This document shows positions 13,769 to 32,300 of a stretch of DNA of 64,000 nucleotides, one piece after another. Every line of letters starts with the position of its first letter. Position 1 is the stretch's first letter. The notes under the pieces were generated by a model, which was not told the origin of the DNA, did no database searches, and saw only the letters and a program-made list of their open reading frames with translations. Position numbers and translations under genes: made by a program. Source of the stretch: Marsupella aquatica (lineage: Eukaryota; Plantae; Marchantiophyta); NCBI GenBank assembly GCA_973895155.1, contig OZ316896.1:17596754-17660753 (forward strand), read 5' to 3'.

Positions 13769-14425
13769 GTGTGTTGTGGAGACTAGGTATGGTCGGCAAG
13801 TTTAGAATGCAGTAAAACTCTTGTGTGTTCTCATGAAGATAATCACATATGAGATGAACCCCATATCTCTTTGTGTTTAACTAGTGTACTTGTTTGTTGG
13901 ATGTTCATGGAAATGCAATTGTCAATGTTGTCTTTGCTCAACATGTCTCACAAAGGGGGCTTTACAAGATGCTGGTGGTTGTTCAATATCTCCCCATCCA
14001 AAGCAAAGTTGATGGCCATTTCCTTACACAAAAGTTAAAATGCCTGAACTCAAATGTGTCAGGTCTGGAAGTAATCAATGCAATTCCCTGAAAATAAGAG
14101 GCTCCAGTTTTTGAGACCAGTTTTTTGGACCACCTCAGGAGGAGGTCTAAGTTTTGGACATCCATACATGAGGGAAAAAAGGGGACCCACAGGGGGCCTA
14201 CTGATAGATGACTAGGTTGGGTAATGCTTTTGCTTGATTGTGCCCCCAAGTTCATGTAAAGTGAAGTGTGGCCTGTTCCCACATATGAATGGCTGAGATT
14301 GTATCTCACACTTGGGAAAAAAGGAATTGCTTCTTGTAAAGCCACCGTAAAGGTACATTCCCATCCACAGGTTAAGAATGATAAGAGTGACCCAGCATTA
14401 ACCATCACCAGACATGCACCATTAT

Positions 14426-14522
14426 GTTCAAAAACTTAGCTATTCATGAAGTGTTTAACCAAATATTTTGGGGTGTTCAAAAACTTAGCTATTCATGAAG
14501 TGTTTAGCCAGATATTTTGGGG
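14426..14522. repeat. Tandem duplication, 2 x 49 bp
   Basis: GTTCAAAAACTTAGCTATTCATGAAGTGTTTA...TATTTTGGGG occurs twice. Confidence 0.9.
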
Positions 14523-17500
14523 TAATGTGTGCTTTGTAGTCCCAAGATTGAACTTCTTTGCCATTTGACACATGGTGAAAAGGTTTGAACCAAGTTACTG
14601 CCAATTCCATGTTTACAGCATACAACCATGGGAAACTCTCAAGGTGAACAAATCCCAGTGACAAAGAAATATTAGTTCAAGGACCCCTTGGTTATGCAAG
14701 CTTGTTTTATTCAACTATTTGGAGCCATGAAGAGTTGCACATTGAAAATAGATAGACAAGAGGACAAAGATTAAATGGAGTAGATGAAGTGAAGTTTAAA
14801 GGTAGTTAGGACAACTTCATTGACGACAAATGGGATTACATTCATGGTAATACCAAAGGGTAATTCTCCATGCAAAAAGCTTACCTTTGTACCTTTATGT
14901 CTATGCAATACATGTAACATCCCATATAGTTCATGCACAATATTACTTTGTCCATAGTAGTCGAAAGGTCTTAGAGTCTCTTGGTATGACTCTACCCATA
15001 GTAGTTCTGGTATTTCTTACCTTTGCTTTTGTTACTCTATCCGTAGTAGCCAAAGGGTTTTTTAAGTTACCTTGGTAAATGTTAGAGAAGTTGAAAAGTT
15101 TTTTGGGTTTCTTCCATTACCTTGGTAAATGTTAGGGTAGTTGAAGAGTTTCTTGCTACTTATCATTGTTTCAAAAATGTATAAATTAAATAGAAAATTG
15201 AAATAGATTACCAGAAAACACTGATATAACAATCCCAACTCATCCAAAATTTCTATTCTTTCACCCCTTTCTTTGTTTATTTGAAATGTTACTTTTCAAT
15301 TTTCCATTGTTTTTACAGTTACAAGGTCTAACTTTTTTTCTTTGCCTTGCCTCAAATATAAATAGTCAAATTTGGTTCTTCTTGCATAACTAATGGTTCT
15401 TGTTTGTGACAAATCTTGCTAATGTGACCGCATGTGAATTGAGGAATTTTGGAACTAAGGAACTTCCCATGTGGGTCCATAATCAACAGTTCGTATGTCA
15501 GTTTCATCTAGAGCTCAGTTTGGATCATAATGTCAAGTTACTATAAAGTGAATCAGGAAGGCCCTTGAACTGAAAGAATCCAGACTAGTGCTCTCTAGTA
15601 ATGATGATGAGAATTCAATTGGCTCCTCATGCAGAAATATATGAAATTGCTTCTATAGCTTTCATCCTATAATCCAGAAACTGCTACCACAGTCCACCAG
15701 TTCCACTTCCCTGGCCACGTTATCTACCCCTACCTATTCTACAGCATTTGCATCTGCAAGATACAAGTAGCTCATAAGGGAGATAGGGACAGCAAAATTC
15801 CATCAATTGCCAACCCTCCTTGCAACTGCCCAGAATTACTAATGGAAAAGGACTTGAGCACCCAGGAATAGCTTGTTCAGATCACATAGAGTGTACCTCC
15901 CAGGGTGTAGCAGAAGATGATATCATATCATGATTCTATGAGAGATTGGAGCCTTTGTCATCAGGATGCTTTGTGGATGAACTCTATGCAGTTACAAATT
16001 TTGAGGAAACCTTCTATTATGGTTGGTGCACAGCCGCTTTCTTAAAGCCAATGATATTGTCAAGACAATTCTTTCGCTTGTTCAAGCTTATATTGATTCC
16101 AGGTACTGTCAAAATTTGCTGTCCAACACAACTGTTTATCTGGTACCAAAGAATATTGGATGGAGCACCACTCTGACAAGGATAGGAAGCAATCAACGTA
16201 CCAGCACTACAGTAGGTGTTCGGACAACACTCCACTCGAACAGTAGAGAAATGTGTCCCCAACACGAGGAGCTCTGAGGTTTGAAGTAGATTTTTGTGCC
16301 TCTCTAGACAATTCACATAACCAGATATAAAGACTATGCAGCCTATTGTGAGGGCATAGCTTTGGTCACGGGCTCGAGTAGTTTTGTTTGATTAGGTGGT
16401 TCCATGTTGCAAGCAAATACTGCACTTCTAGACAAAGTACTCCATAGTGGACCACTTTCTGGGGGTTATCATCTTGTCTTATTGTTGTATGTCATGTTTA
16501 AAGCATGGTATGTCCTTAATTTTATTTTCCTACCCTTTGAATAAAATGAGGAGCTCCCCTGCTTGAGCCGTATTGCCATCAAGCTTTGCCTCCGATGGGA
16601 AAGCCTGGTTTTCTTATCTTTACTTGACGATCTTATTGGACTGGAAATCTAGTTCTTTACAAGGCCTTCTTTGTTGTGACCTCTCGTTTGGTTCAAAAAT
16701 TGGGTGTTTGGGATAGCTATTCATTGAACTTATTATCGCCAACTTTAGAGTTTGACCTATTGTGACGACAGGTAGGTTTGGTCAAGGGCCTGGTAATTCA
16801 AACATGGTGGCCATCCAAACATACACTTAATTTAAATGCGTCACTGTTGTTCTCGAACATTGCAAATACAGGAAAACAGGTTTGGGAAATAGGGAAATAC
16901 TATTCTGGAGGTAATACAGAGAGTAACTCTGAATGGGCATTGGAACCCGACAAGGGCGGTGAACACAGTTCCAGCTCTGCAGTACACAGGTATGTATTCT
17001 TTCGGAGCAGGCGTACCTTACCTCTGGCCGTCGATACAAGCTCACCGATCGTGACGACGTGGGACTGCGAGAGCCACCGATCAGGTTTCCAGATTGATGG
17101 CTGTAATGTTAGGGCAACCAACCAGGTGCTGTTACTTTACCCTTCAGACAAACCAAAGGTATAGTAGGTCACGGCAGGTACTGCTGTATTGGGTGCTGCT
17201 GGTGAAGAGGAGGAGGAGGCTCTGAAGTTCTTCCCTCGAATCTCTCTTTTCTTCAGAGAAAGTCGGAGAGAGAGACGCGGAGAGAGACACAGCGTGCGTT
17301 TGCGTTTTGCCCTCCTCTCCTGTGTCGACGGACGGAAGGGGTTCCGACTTCGGGAGAGTCTCTTCACAGTAAGGTTTAGGATCTGAGGTCGGCGTCGTCG
17401 ATCTGGAGTGTCTGCTTTTTTCCCTCGTTTCTTCCGTCCGTCTCGTGGCCGCTTTGCCACCACCGCAAAATTCCTCTGAGTAAGGTGCTGTTGGTTTGCT

Positions 17501-17742
17501 TTTGGAATCGGAGGGTTTCCCGTCTTGTTCTTGTTGTCATCGTTTCATCGATTCATTCTTTCGCTCGTCTGAGAGTAGTGCGGAGGTTGGCGAGGCAGGC
17601 GGCTTGTTTGCGGGCATACTTTGTTGGGAGGGGCGAAGGTTTTACGATACACGAATCAAGAAAGGTGGAAGGAAACACGAGAAAGGGGTATTGGAGGGGT
17701 CGGGAGGTTTGAGAAGCTGGTGGCGGTTCAGTTGAGCGAGAG

Positions 17743-22791
<5,049 letters not shown>

Positions 22792-24355
22792 AGGAGCTGC
22801 GTCACTGTTGGTTTTCAGTAGTAGGTCCATCGTATTGTTTGATGCTCTTCAAAAAAATTCTTTTTGGGCAGTTCAGGCCCAGGACCCTGCAGGTATAGGT
22901 TATAATGTAGTGGCAGTTCCACTACGAACAGGTGAGGACTGTCAATTCCGTTTCCTAGTTTTGTTCTCGTCCATTGAAACAGGATGAAACTGGGCGCGAT
23001 CTGTAGGCTTAGGTTCTATTTCTAGTTTGCGAAGGTAATCAATATAATATCTCGGGTGGGATCCTGCTTTAACCTGATTAGGACTGGCACGGAGAGGATT
23101 AATATTACCGGCATTCAATCGATCAATCGACATTTTGTTCTGCAATATGAAGCCGCAGGATATTGTGATTGGCTTTTTGGTAATTTATTTTCGGCCATAC
23201 CAATGGTCCCACCTGGTACAGGACGCAGTGTAGCTGTGAACATCGCATGATGTTAAACGATATTGACCTATTTTCTTGGAAGGGAAGAGTATCCTGTTAT
23301 GATGAGTCTGGGTTTTTGTCTAAGAAGCTTTGAATGTTGGGTCTTATACTCCGGACATTACGCTTATACTCCGGACATTACGTTCACTTATTGTTGCTTT
23401 GGTCGGACTAGCTGTCGTAGTTTTCTCAACCTTCGAAATATCCCCGGGCACAGTTCAAATGCACCAAGTGCAACAGTCTTCGCATACCATTCTGAAAGAT
23501 CTCGTCCATAAAAAAGGTATGAGGACGACGGGTATGACTGGTTCACAAGTATGAGCAACTAATTTAAAGGTCTGACACCGCGGCGAGATAGGGTCTCAAG
23601 CCGACTTGGTCAATATATCTGTAGGTTCTTGTTGACTGGAAATATGAAACGCAGGTCACCCTCTAAGTATCTCTCGTCTTCAAGTGATTGTGGTGGTGAA
23701 TATCTGTCAGAATGATTAATTCCCTGATATATACTTCAGAATATATGTTGCTTTCTGATGGTGCTCAAGAGGTGGTTATTTGAAGTGACTTAGTGATAAG
23801 ATGCTTTTTGATGGTGCTCAAGAAGTGGTTATTTGAATGACTTAGGGATAAAAAATGTCCTGCCTAACCTCTTTGCCTCTAGCCCAGATTCAATGTAAAG
23901 CCGCTATTCTTGCCTTACATCTTGAAAAGGCGATAACTCCTACACAACAAGATCTTCATTCTATTTGTGACAACATATGTACAATCAAACTTGCAAAAAA
24001 TACTTTTTTTTGTTCTAGAAACAAGCAATTGGATATTCATCCTCATTTTGTACATGAACAATGATTGCAGTCAAATGTCCATTCATGAAAACATTTAAAG
24101 TGAGTGAGAGCGTGACCAAAAAGAATACCAAGGATCGAACAAATCAATCCATCAACCTAGTATGGCTTCTTATTTTCAATCGTCATTTCAGACACGCAGG
24201 ATGGAATGCACTCAAACGAAAGAGTGTTGTCTCGGCAAAAACTACTTGATAACCTAGTGAGATATCTTCAAAACACCCTATGACCATGGCCCCTTGATCC
24301 ATGTCCATCTCATGTTAATCAAGGTTTTGCCCAAAGGTTGAACACCATTTCACAG

Positions 24356-24630
24356 CCATTGACATGCAATCTTATTAAATCATCTACTCTATAACTTCAA
24401 ATAGATCATAAGTCTTTGGGCTTTATTGAGCTTCAGCCTAGCCTAGCGGTCCATTGACATACAATCTTATTAAATCATCTACTATATAACTTCAAATAGA
24501 TCATAAGTCTTTGGGCTTTATTGAGCTTCAGCCTAGCCTAGCGGTCCATTGACATACGATCTTATTAAATCATCTACTATATAACTTCAAATAGATCATA
24601 AGTCTTTGGGCTTTATTGAGCTTCAGCCTA
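24356..24630. repeat. Tandem repeat, about 3 x 95 bp
   Basis: CCATTGACAT...CTTCAGCCTAG units start at 24356, 24451 and 24546 and are nearly identical. Confidence 0.95.
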
Positions 24631-26147
24631 GTGGTCCGCTCACTACTCTGTATATTGTGTCAAATGTCACCTAATCTAATCAGGCAACTTGTTGCTTGAG
24701 CTTGATGTTCTTTGGCCTTTGAAGGTGTCCAGAACTTATTCCCACAGAATCTTGTCACCTGGGGCCTACAGTCCTCCCACGATGTGCAAATTCCAGTGCG
24801 GGAACCCCACCACAACAACATAGAATCTGCGAGGGGGTATCGGACTCATTGGCAGTGTTGTAATCCATTTGTCTCTATCACCAGCGGATACTTGGATTCA
24901 GACCCGCTCTATATATCCGCTTGAAAAATCTATCTCTTGTGGCAATTTCAACAACACTTGTCTTTGTCACAACATCTGCCTGAGGTTCAGCCCGCCCTTC
25001 GCTCTTGATTACCCACTCATTTCCTTGGCATGATTGTATTATGTAAGTATTGCATCATTGTAAATCTTGTCACAACTAACAATAAGCCACATGCTTCCCT
25101 CTTTGGACAATTGTGCTAACAACTTATTCTTCACTGACTTGGCCAAACTCTACTCCTCCATATTCCACTACACCATCTGTGGAGGGTTCTGCCAATGCTC
25201 ATCCACATATTAGTTGAGGATACTATGTCCCCAACTTTGCGTGTCTTATCCACTCACATTAGTCAGCACCTCCCTCTTTGATTCAGGCCTAGCTCAAAGG
25301 GGGCTGTTGGACTTCTACTAGTAAACATCAGTGATAGCAATGCTAACATTTCTTGTCCTTGTCTACAGTAGTTGTAATCAATGACACTCAACGTCCCCTC
25401 GGTTATCCCGTAGAGCACCATTGATTAAGGTAGGGTGCACGGTGTTTATGCCGCATTCTCAGTTTAGTTTAGGCTATCCTGGTCCAATCGGTTGTTTGGA
25501 CCTTGCGGCAAGTGTGTGATATTTGCCCATACACCTCATGTGTTTATTCCTTGTCGTTAGAGTTCATAATTAGTGGAAACAGTAAGGTTATCTGAGGTAT
25601 TATGCACATAACCCATATATTTCAAGGATTGAAAACACTTGTTAAAGGAAATCAGTGACAATGGAGAGATTGTCAAGCTCGTGCATGCATTTGTGGTTTT
25701 ATGCACATACCCCATATATTAAAGGGAATAATTGGAGGAACAAGGAATATCCTTGATCTAGGAGGAGTAAAACTCTCATCCAAGAGATTTAATTGCACTT
25801 AAGAATAAAATATGCCTCAAGCACTTAAAATGTAAACAAATAACCAATTGATATCCTACTTGCAGATTTTATGGACTAACCAGAAGATACCCTTCCAAAA
25901 GTGGTTAAAAGGACGATAATAGCCTAATTCTTGTCCGCTGGTTCATTTGGCAGCATCCATTACCCTATTTGGACACACGTGTAAATCTGGGATTATGCAG
26001 GTTCGTTGAGGTAGGTTTGGCATTTATAAAGCTAATTGTTGATTTCCATTTCCACACTTGCCTCCCCCTACGCTTGTTTGCAATAACAAGGATAGAGGGC
26101 AAACGGGTTGAGTAAATGACTATTACTCATAAGACAACATGCACATG

Positions 26148-26752
26148 TGGAACATCCAACAAACACACACATACTCAACACAAGATATGTGGTTCACTTG
26201 ACCAAAGGCTACGTCCATGGATACACACAAGAGAGCTTTATTGAGCTCTAAGTCCGTCTCTAAAATTGCTTCGTGACAATAGTGTAAGTGTCACTCACTA
26301 ACTAAGTACTTCAAGTGAATATGATAGTAGTTGTTGAGCATAGACGACAATCGCAATGGCAAGCCCATGAACCATCCAACACACAAGAGTCGACATAGAG
26401 AGATACGTCGTTCACCTCCACATGAGTCTACGTCCACGGGAACACACATAAGCTTTACTGCACTCTGGGCCGACCGGCCATACCAAGCATCCACAGCACA
26501 AGCTCTCTCTATTTCTCAACTAGCTCCGTAACAATGAGCCTGAGTTCCCACTCTCCAAACAAACATAGCTTGGTTATAGAGTGTGCACAACATGACTAAC
26601 CTAACCAAGTCTGCGACTAAGGTTAGCCTTAACTACGGTACAGTCGTAACTCTAGACCTAAGAGTAAATCCTAATAGTAGCATGTCTAACCTTAACCAAG
26701 CACCTAACTATGGTCACATAATAACTCTAGACCTCAGAGTAAATGCTTAACA
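26148..26752 (-). mobile_element. Probable Ty1/Copia solo LTR
   Basis: TG...CA ends with an imperfect 5-bp TSD (ACATG / AAATG). The minus strand shows a CTATAA box and the GGACGTAGCC...GTGAACCACATATCTTGTGT stretch that resembles Copia U5 regions. No internal domains are adjacent. Confidence 0.45.
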
Positions 26753-28770
26753 AAATGGGGTGAATGAAAATTAAAATAATTTCCCTGGTCCAAGAAGGAT
26801 TGACTCTCCGTGTTTTCACCCCAAATCTCATTCTTGCAATCCAAAGTGTATCTTTGGCAATGTCTCATCTCTTTGCAAGAATGGGGTTACTAGGAGGAAA
26901 TGCACAGCCACCAAATGAATACCTCATAATAGGGAACTTAAACAACTTTGTAGAACAGGTTGGTATGAATAACAACTCAGCAAAATCATTCTGGGAAACA
27001 TTAAGCAACTAGTCTTTTTGTAACTTGACCTTGGTCAAGTCCTAAACTTGCCCAGATGGGAAGTCCAACTCAATCTCCAGATTGGTATAGTTGAACATAG
27101 TGTACTTCTTAATGCAAAGGCATTCCCTAAACTTGTTTCATGAGTTGCTTAAACTTGGTAATGGTTGTGAATTATGTACTTTCCAGTACAATTATCTTTT
27201 TTACACACATGCTTACATGCTCACCATGCACTGCATGTGGTGTACCTTGCCCTGCTCCGGTCTCCTGGTGAGATAGAAAAGTGAGATGAGATATTGATGA
27301 TTATGGCTTTGGTTTAAGCTAACGGCAATGAAAAATGTTTTTTCAATAGAAAGTTAGGATTTGATCCCATTTTTTTCATTTTTATAAGTTAATAAAATGA
27401 AAAAGAGCAAGTTAGGCTGAATATTATAGTACATAGATAACGAGAGTGAATGCCCATACTTGGCATGATAATAGAACTGATGACAAAACTATTATGCATG
27501 ATCATCATTTTGACATACAGAACATCCCATGGTTGTTTCTATCCACATAAATTAGAGTGAGGCCCTAGTCACGGTCTAATTGCATCATTCTGGAAGCCTA
27601 GACCCCAACTTTAGTTTTTCTTCACCATTTATTAGTAAAATGTGAATAGAAATGATGACAAAAAGCATCATGCATGATCATCAGTTTGACAAACAGAATA
27701 TTCCATAGCGTAGTGATTTTTGGAGGCCCCTCCTATATCCATAACCTCATGCTCGTAAAGTCATGCTCAATAAACTTTTTTGAGATTGAATTTATGTACC
27801 ATAAGGACAGTTTGGGTTGAGGTTCTAGTCTAAACACTGCTCCCAAATTGCTCAGAAAAGCTTTCCTGCTATCACCAGTTAGCTTTTGGTCACTTTCTGG
27901 TCATAGTATTACAGCATGGTAACCCAATGCCCAGACCCTCATTATCACAGACATAAAATTGGGTGGGGCCCTACTAGAGGTTTCACTCTAGAAACCAACT
28001 CTAGCTTCTCATCAGGGTTTATTAGTAAGACTAACTTTAAATTACATTGTCACCTAAGATGTTTGAATTTACAATATTGCCACATTATTTTTTGTATTTA
28101 CAAAAATAACACAGTTTCCCTAATAGTTCCCAAATGGACCACTGAAACCCAGCTGGACTGCAAAGAGACCTTACAGGTACGAAGATAACTCTCTTTCTTT
28201 CTAAGACCATCCCTACTTATTGGCGTCACCCGTAACCTGGTCCATCCAGGCTGCAAGGTTCACAGGAGCAGTCCATCCGAGAAATACTTTCTTTCGGGAT
28301 AGGTACGTCCCCTTGACCCCTTCCTTGTGGCTACCATAGTTGCGGGATAGGTACGTCCACTTCCTTGTGGCCACCATAGTTGCCTTTCCACTCACGCGTA
28401 GATTACTGCGTTGCCCTGCTTTGCCTTGCCTTGCGTTGCGTTGCGTTGCGTTGCGTTCCGTTCTGCGGCGCGGTGCGGTCCTTTCAAAAGCAGCAGAGGC
28501 GGATTTGATCCCGCTCGTGCGTGCGTGCATGCCGCGGACGAGGAGGAGGAGCTTCGCACATTCGGGCTTCGAGAAAAGGGGAGGGATTTGACTGGAGACT
28601 AGAGAGAGAGAGGAAGAGAGGACGCGAGGACGAGAGGAAGAGCGATTTATTCGAGTTCAGCGAAAGGGAGGGAGCGACGGAAAGAGCAACGCGGCCTCTG
28701 CTCGTTCGTTCGGTTTTCGGACACTCTGCAGCGGACGGATTCTTATTACTGTTCTTGAATTGTTGTCGCT

Positions 28771-28773
<3 letters not shown>

Positions 28774-28810
<37 letters not shown>
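28774..28810. repeat. (AG)n microsatellite in the CstF64 upstream/5' leader region; a (TTGCG)n/(TTGCC)n tract lies at about 28421-28456
   Basis: Direct reading of the sequence. Confidence 0.95.
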
Positions 28811-28812
<2 letters not shown>

Positions 28813-29356
28813 TAAGGGCGGGAAGGAAATGGATGTGGAAATGTACGATGTGTGAAGGTTGAGGAAACACATACGAAGAGCTTGACCGCAAAGCAGTAGC
28901 AGGAGTCGTAACATATCTGCTCGACATTTCTGTGCCCGATTTTCTGTGTTCCTTGGGGAGGAGGTTGGGGACGCTGGGGAGTAGGGAAGGGTGGCAAAGG
29001 TGGTGGTTGTGCAAAAGCATTGTAACGGGTCGGAGGAAGGGTGGTCAATCTATTATTAATGTGACTCCGGTGCCAAGCCGTGTCGTGGACCGCAGCCGTG
29101 GTGGATAGACGGGAGCTAGGCATGGACGTGGCGTGCTCTGGGACATTTACGAGGACCAATCCGCCTGGTAGTTGCAGACTGCTACTGTTGTGAAGCTAGG
29201 TAGGGAGGGAGTGGAGAGTTCAGGACTACAGGTAGTAGTGCAGGAGCGTTAGAGGCTGGAGATAAAGGGTGCGCTGCTGAAGAGGGACCGAGTGATTCGG
29301 GGCACAGGAGAAGAAGACCGCAAGGCAGAGGCTTAGGTCTCTTTGAGGACCGGGTC

Positions 29357-32300
29357 ATGAGTGCGCAGCAGCATCGCGCTTCGCGCTGCGTTTTTGGTGC
29401 GTTCGTGCTCTTCGTTGTTCCTTCTGCAGCTGCTTTTGTGTTTTGCTGTCCAGGCTGTCGTTTTTTTCCTTCCCTGGTCGAACCGTAATTGTCTGGCGGG
29501 ACGGTTGTCCCCCTTTCCTATATTTTTCTTTAATGTTGGACCCGCGCTTTAAAATTCAAACAAACCTTTCCCTTAGCATATCGTAGTTAATCTTCACATT
29601 TTGCTACCTCATAAGTCAATGTGTAGATGAGCCCGTAGTCTCTATGTTATGGACCTATCTGACTGCCTTTCTTGTGTTGAGTGATGCTGTTTGACCCGCT
29701 GGTTAACCGTAGCCCGTCATTTTTACATTTAGAACCCTCATTTTTCTGCATGAGAGTTAGGGTTTGCGCATGTATTGCGTCACCTTGTGACGAGATACAT
29801 GATGTGGCAGAAAATTGCATAATTATCTTATTATGGTTATCAGCTTGATTCCCCAATATATCATTCGAAGCTTCTCGGTTGCGAAGAATCTGGGCGTTGT
29901 GCTGTTCGAAATTTTGGTATCGTTTACTTTCTTCAATGTGGCTTCGTATTAATCTGGAGATGGCGCAGTCATCTTTTTGAAATACTAATTGTTAGTGGTC
30001 TGGTTACAGTCGGGAACATTCCGTATGATGCAACAGAGGAGCAGCTTGTGCAAATTTGTGAAGAAGTTGGCCCTGTGGTGTCCTTCCGGTATATTCATTT
30101 CAGCAACAATTCTATTAGACGGACTTGTAGTAATTTGAGACACAATCAGCCATGTTTTCGATGTTTTGGCAATTTAATCTTCAAGCAATTTGTACACGCA
30201 ATCCGTTTTCTGCCTAAATGGAATCTTGTTTTATTGTGAGCATTCATGGGTATGGAGTTTGCGGAATCACTAGTCTCAATGGACTCTTTGTCATGGTTGA
30301 CAATGGTGTGCCATCCATTTCCTAGCCTGGTCTATCCTGTGAATGCCATTTGTGCAGTGTACCTTTCTATATCCAACGTTGTTACACAATTGTACTTGAT
30401 CACTCTGTCCTTTAAATGGCATCAGCAGGACATTCTGAGAGGTTTGAATTTCCGGAATCTAGGCAAAATGTCTTTTTTATGGAAACAGCCCTCTGGAATA
30501 TTCGAAAAATTGCACCTACCCTTGTTTCCATACACAATGTATACTGATTCCGCTTACTTTCCCCTAGCGGAATAGTTCTAAGTGCATGTTGTTATCAGCC
30601 CATTCAAAGGACCGTTTCTTTTCGAACTTAAAGGTTGTTTGTCTGGCCGCACCAGCTCGTTACAGTGTGGTTATGTACCGAAATGGTCTGATGTTGCCTA
30701 GTGGTCTTGAGTGATGTGCCTTTCAAGGTCACGATTGGTGCAGATCTCTTTGTATTTTGGTATTGTAATCTGGCATTGTGAGTTTGATTGTGAGGGTCAT
30801 CATTTGCCGCCAATCGTCATGTCACGTGCCTTCCCAGCTATTTTGGAAAATCCCAAATCTCGCCCAACGAATTTCAGCGTAGCTATCAAAATACCCTTGT
30901 GAACGACACGTCCCTATCTCGCATTTGGTGTGAATGAGATACTTGGTGATAGGAGGGCCCCATTTGTGCTTACATGCTACTGTATTCAGCATACAAACTT
31001 CCCCATGGTTGTATGTGATAACGGAGATTGCAGTTGTATTCCTGGCTCGTAGACTCTGTTGGGCATGATGTACTCAATGGTTTGCGTTGGTGTAATCTCA
31101 ACCGACTCCTTGTACATGCAATGGCAGAGCCTGTTCGGATAATATGTCATGTGTTCGATCTTGTCTGTGTACGTTAGCAGAGTCGATGGTGTGTTGTATT
31201 GTATCCTTTGTTCTTAGGAACTCCGCCTTTTCAAGTCAATGAATGGGAATCCACACCTTGTGCTGCCTGCCTGCCTATCTGTGTGAGGCAGTGTTTTGAA
31301 CAACTACGTGGGGTGAGCGTCTGATGAAGGGCAATTTGTTTTTCAGACTCGTAGTCGACAGAGATACTGGCAAGCCCAAGGGCTATGGTTTCTGCGAGTT
31401 CAGAGATGACGAGACGGCCCTCAGTGCCCGGCGTAATCTACAGGGATATGAGATTAACGGTCGTCAGCTTCGGGTTGACTTTGCTGAGAATGAAAAGGGG
31501 GGAGGTGGTGTAGATCGAAACAGAGAACAGGTATTGTGAATATGATGTCCAATCGCAGAAACACTGTAGAGCCTACAGAGTGGCAGGCAGGGGAATGGTT
31601 CTGCTCACCACCCAAATAGGGTCTGGCATGATTTTTGATCTTGTGAGGTTCGGTACGGTGACTCATTAGCAGCACATCCTGAGCTGTTGTTTTATGAAGT
31701 CTTCTTGCATAGAAGTGACCAAACCTCGAGCATTAGGTGAATTTTATGGAGCAACTGCGCCATCTGAATGGTATATGTGTGGCAAGTGCATTAGTTGGAC
31801 ATGATGCCGACATAGCATACGTACCTCTGTCAATCATTTCCTGTGACGTTTGGTTGTCGATGAAAATGCTCAGAGTCCATACCTAGCCTCCAACAGCACT
31901 TGCATACAACTGTTGATATTTTCGAGTAGGAATCGCTGTTGATAGCTCGACACCTTCCTTTGATATTTTTTGCAGCAGGGTCGTGGTGGTCCTGGGTTTC
32001 AACAACAAAGCGGGTCTCATCTTGGTTGGTACTTTGAACCCATGCCAGTGCGGACTCAATTTAGAGAACGTTCGGAGTGGAAAATGTCAGTTTGTTCTCT
32101 TTCAGTTCTGAAAGGTATCTGGAATTTAGAATTTGTTTGCAGTGGTGACGTAGAGCCCGGAAAGTGCTCTTCTCTTTCATGACAAGCCCCTCTAACTGGT
32201 TGCCTCTTGCTGCAGATGGACAAAAGCAAGGAGGGGGTGGCGGCCCTCAATCAGGATATTCTAATATTGGCCACACTCATTTCGAGCAACCAATCGGTCG

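Noticed and set aside
15500-16320. Possible decayed coding/TE sequence (also 1-480, 1500-2400, 13800-14400, 50030-50400)
   Set aside because: CpG-poor and relic-like, but I could not recognise any RT, integrase, transposase or other motif, so these were left uncalled.
24356-24630. Possible CRISPR array (also considered for 60815-61463)
   Set aside because: Units are contiguous with no unique spacers, the context is eukaryotic and there are no cas genes. These are ordinary tandem repeats.
28213-29159. Several 85-178 aa ORFs upstream of CstF64
   Set aside because: Produced by microsatellites and GC-rich leader sequence, with no protein-like motifs.
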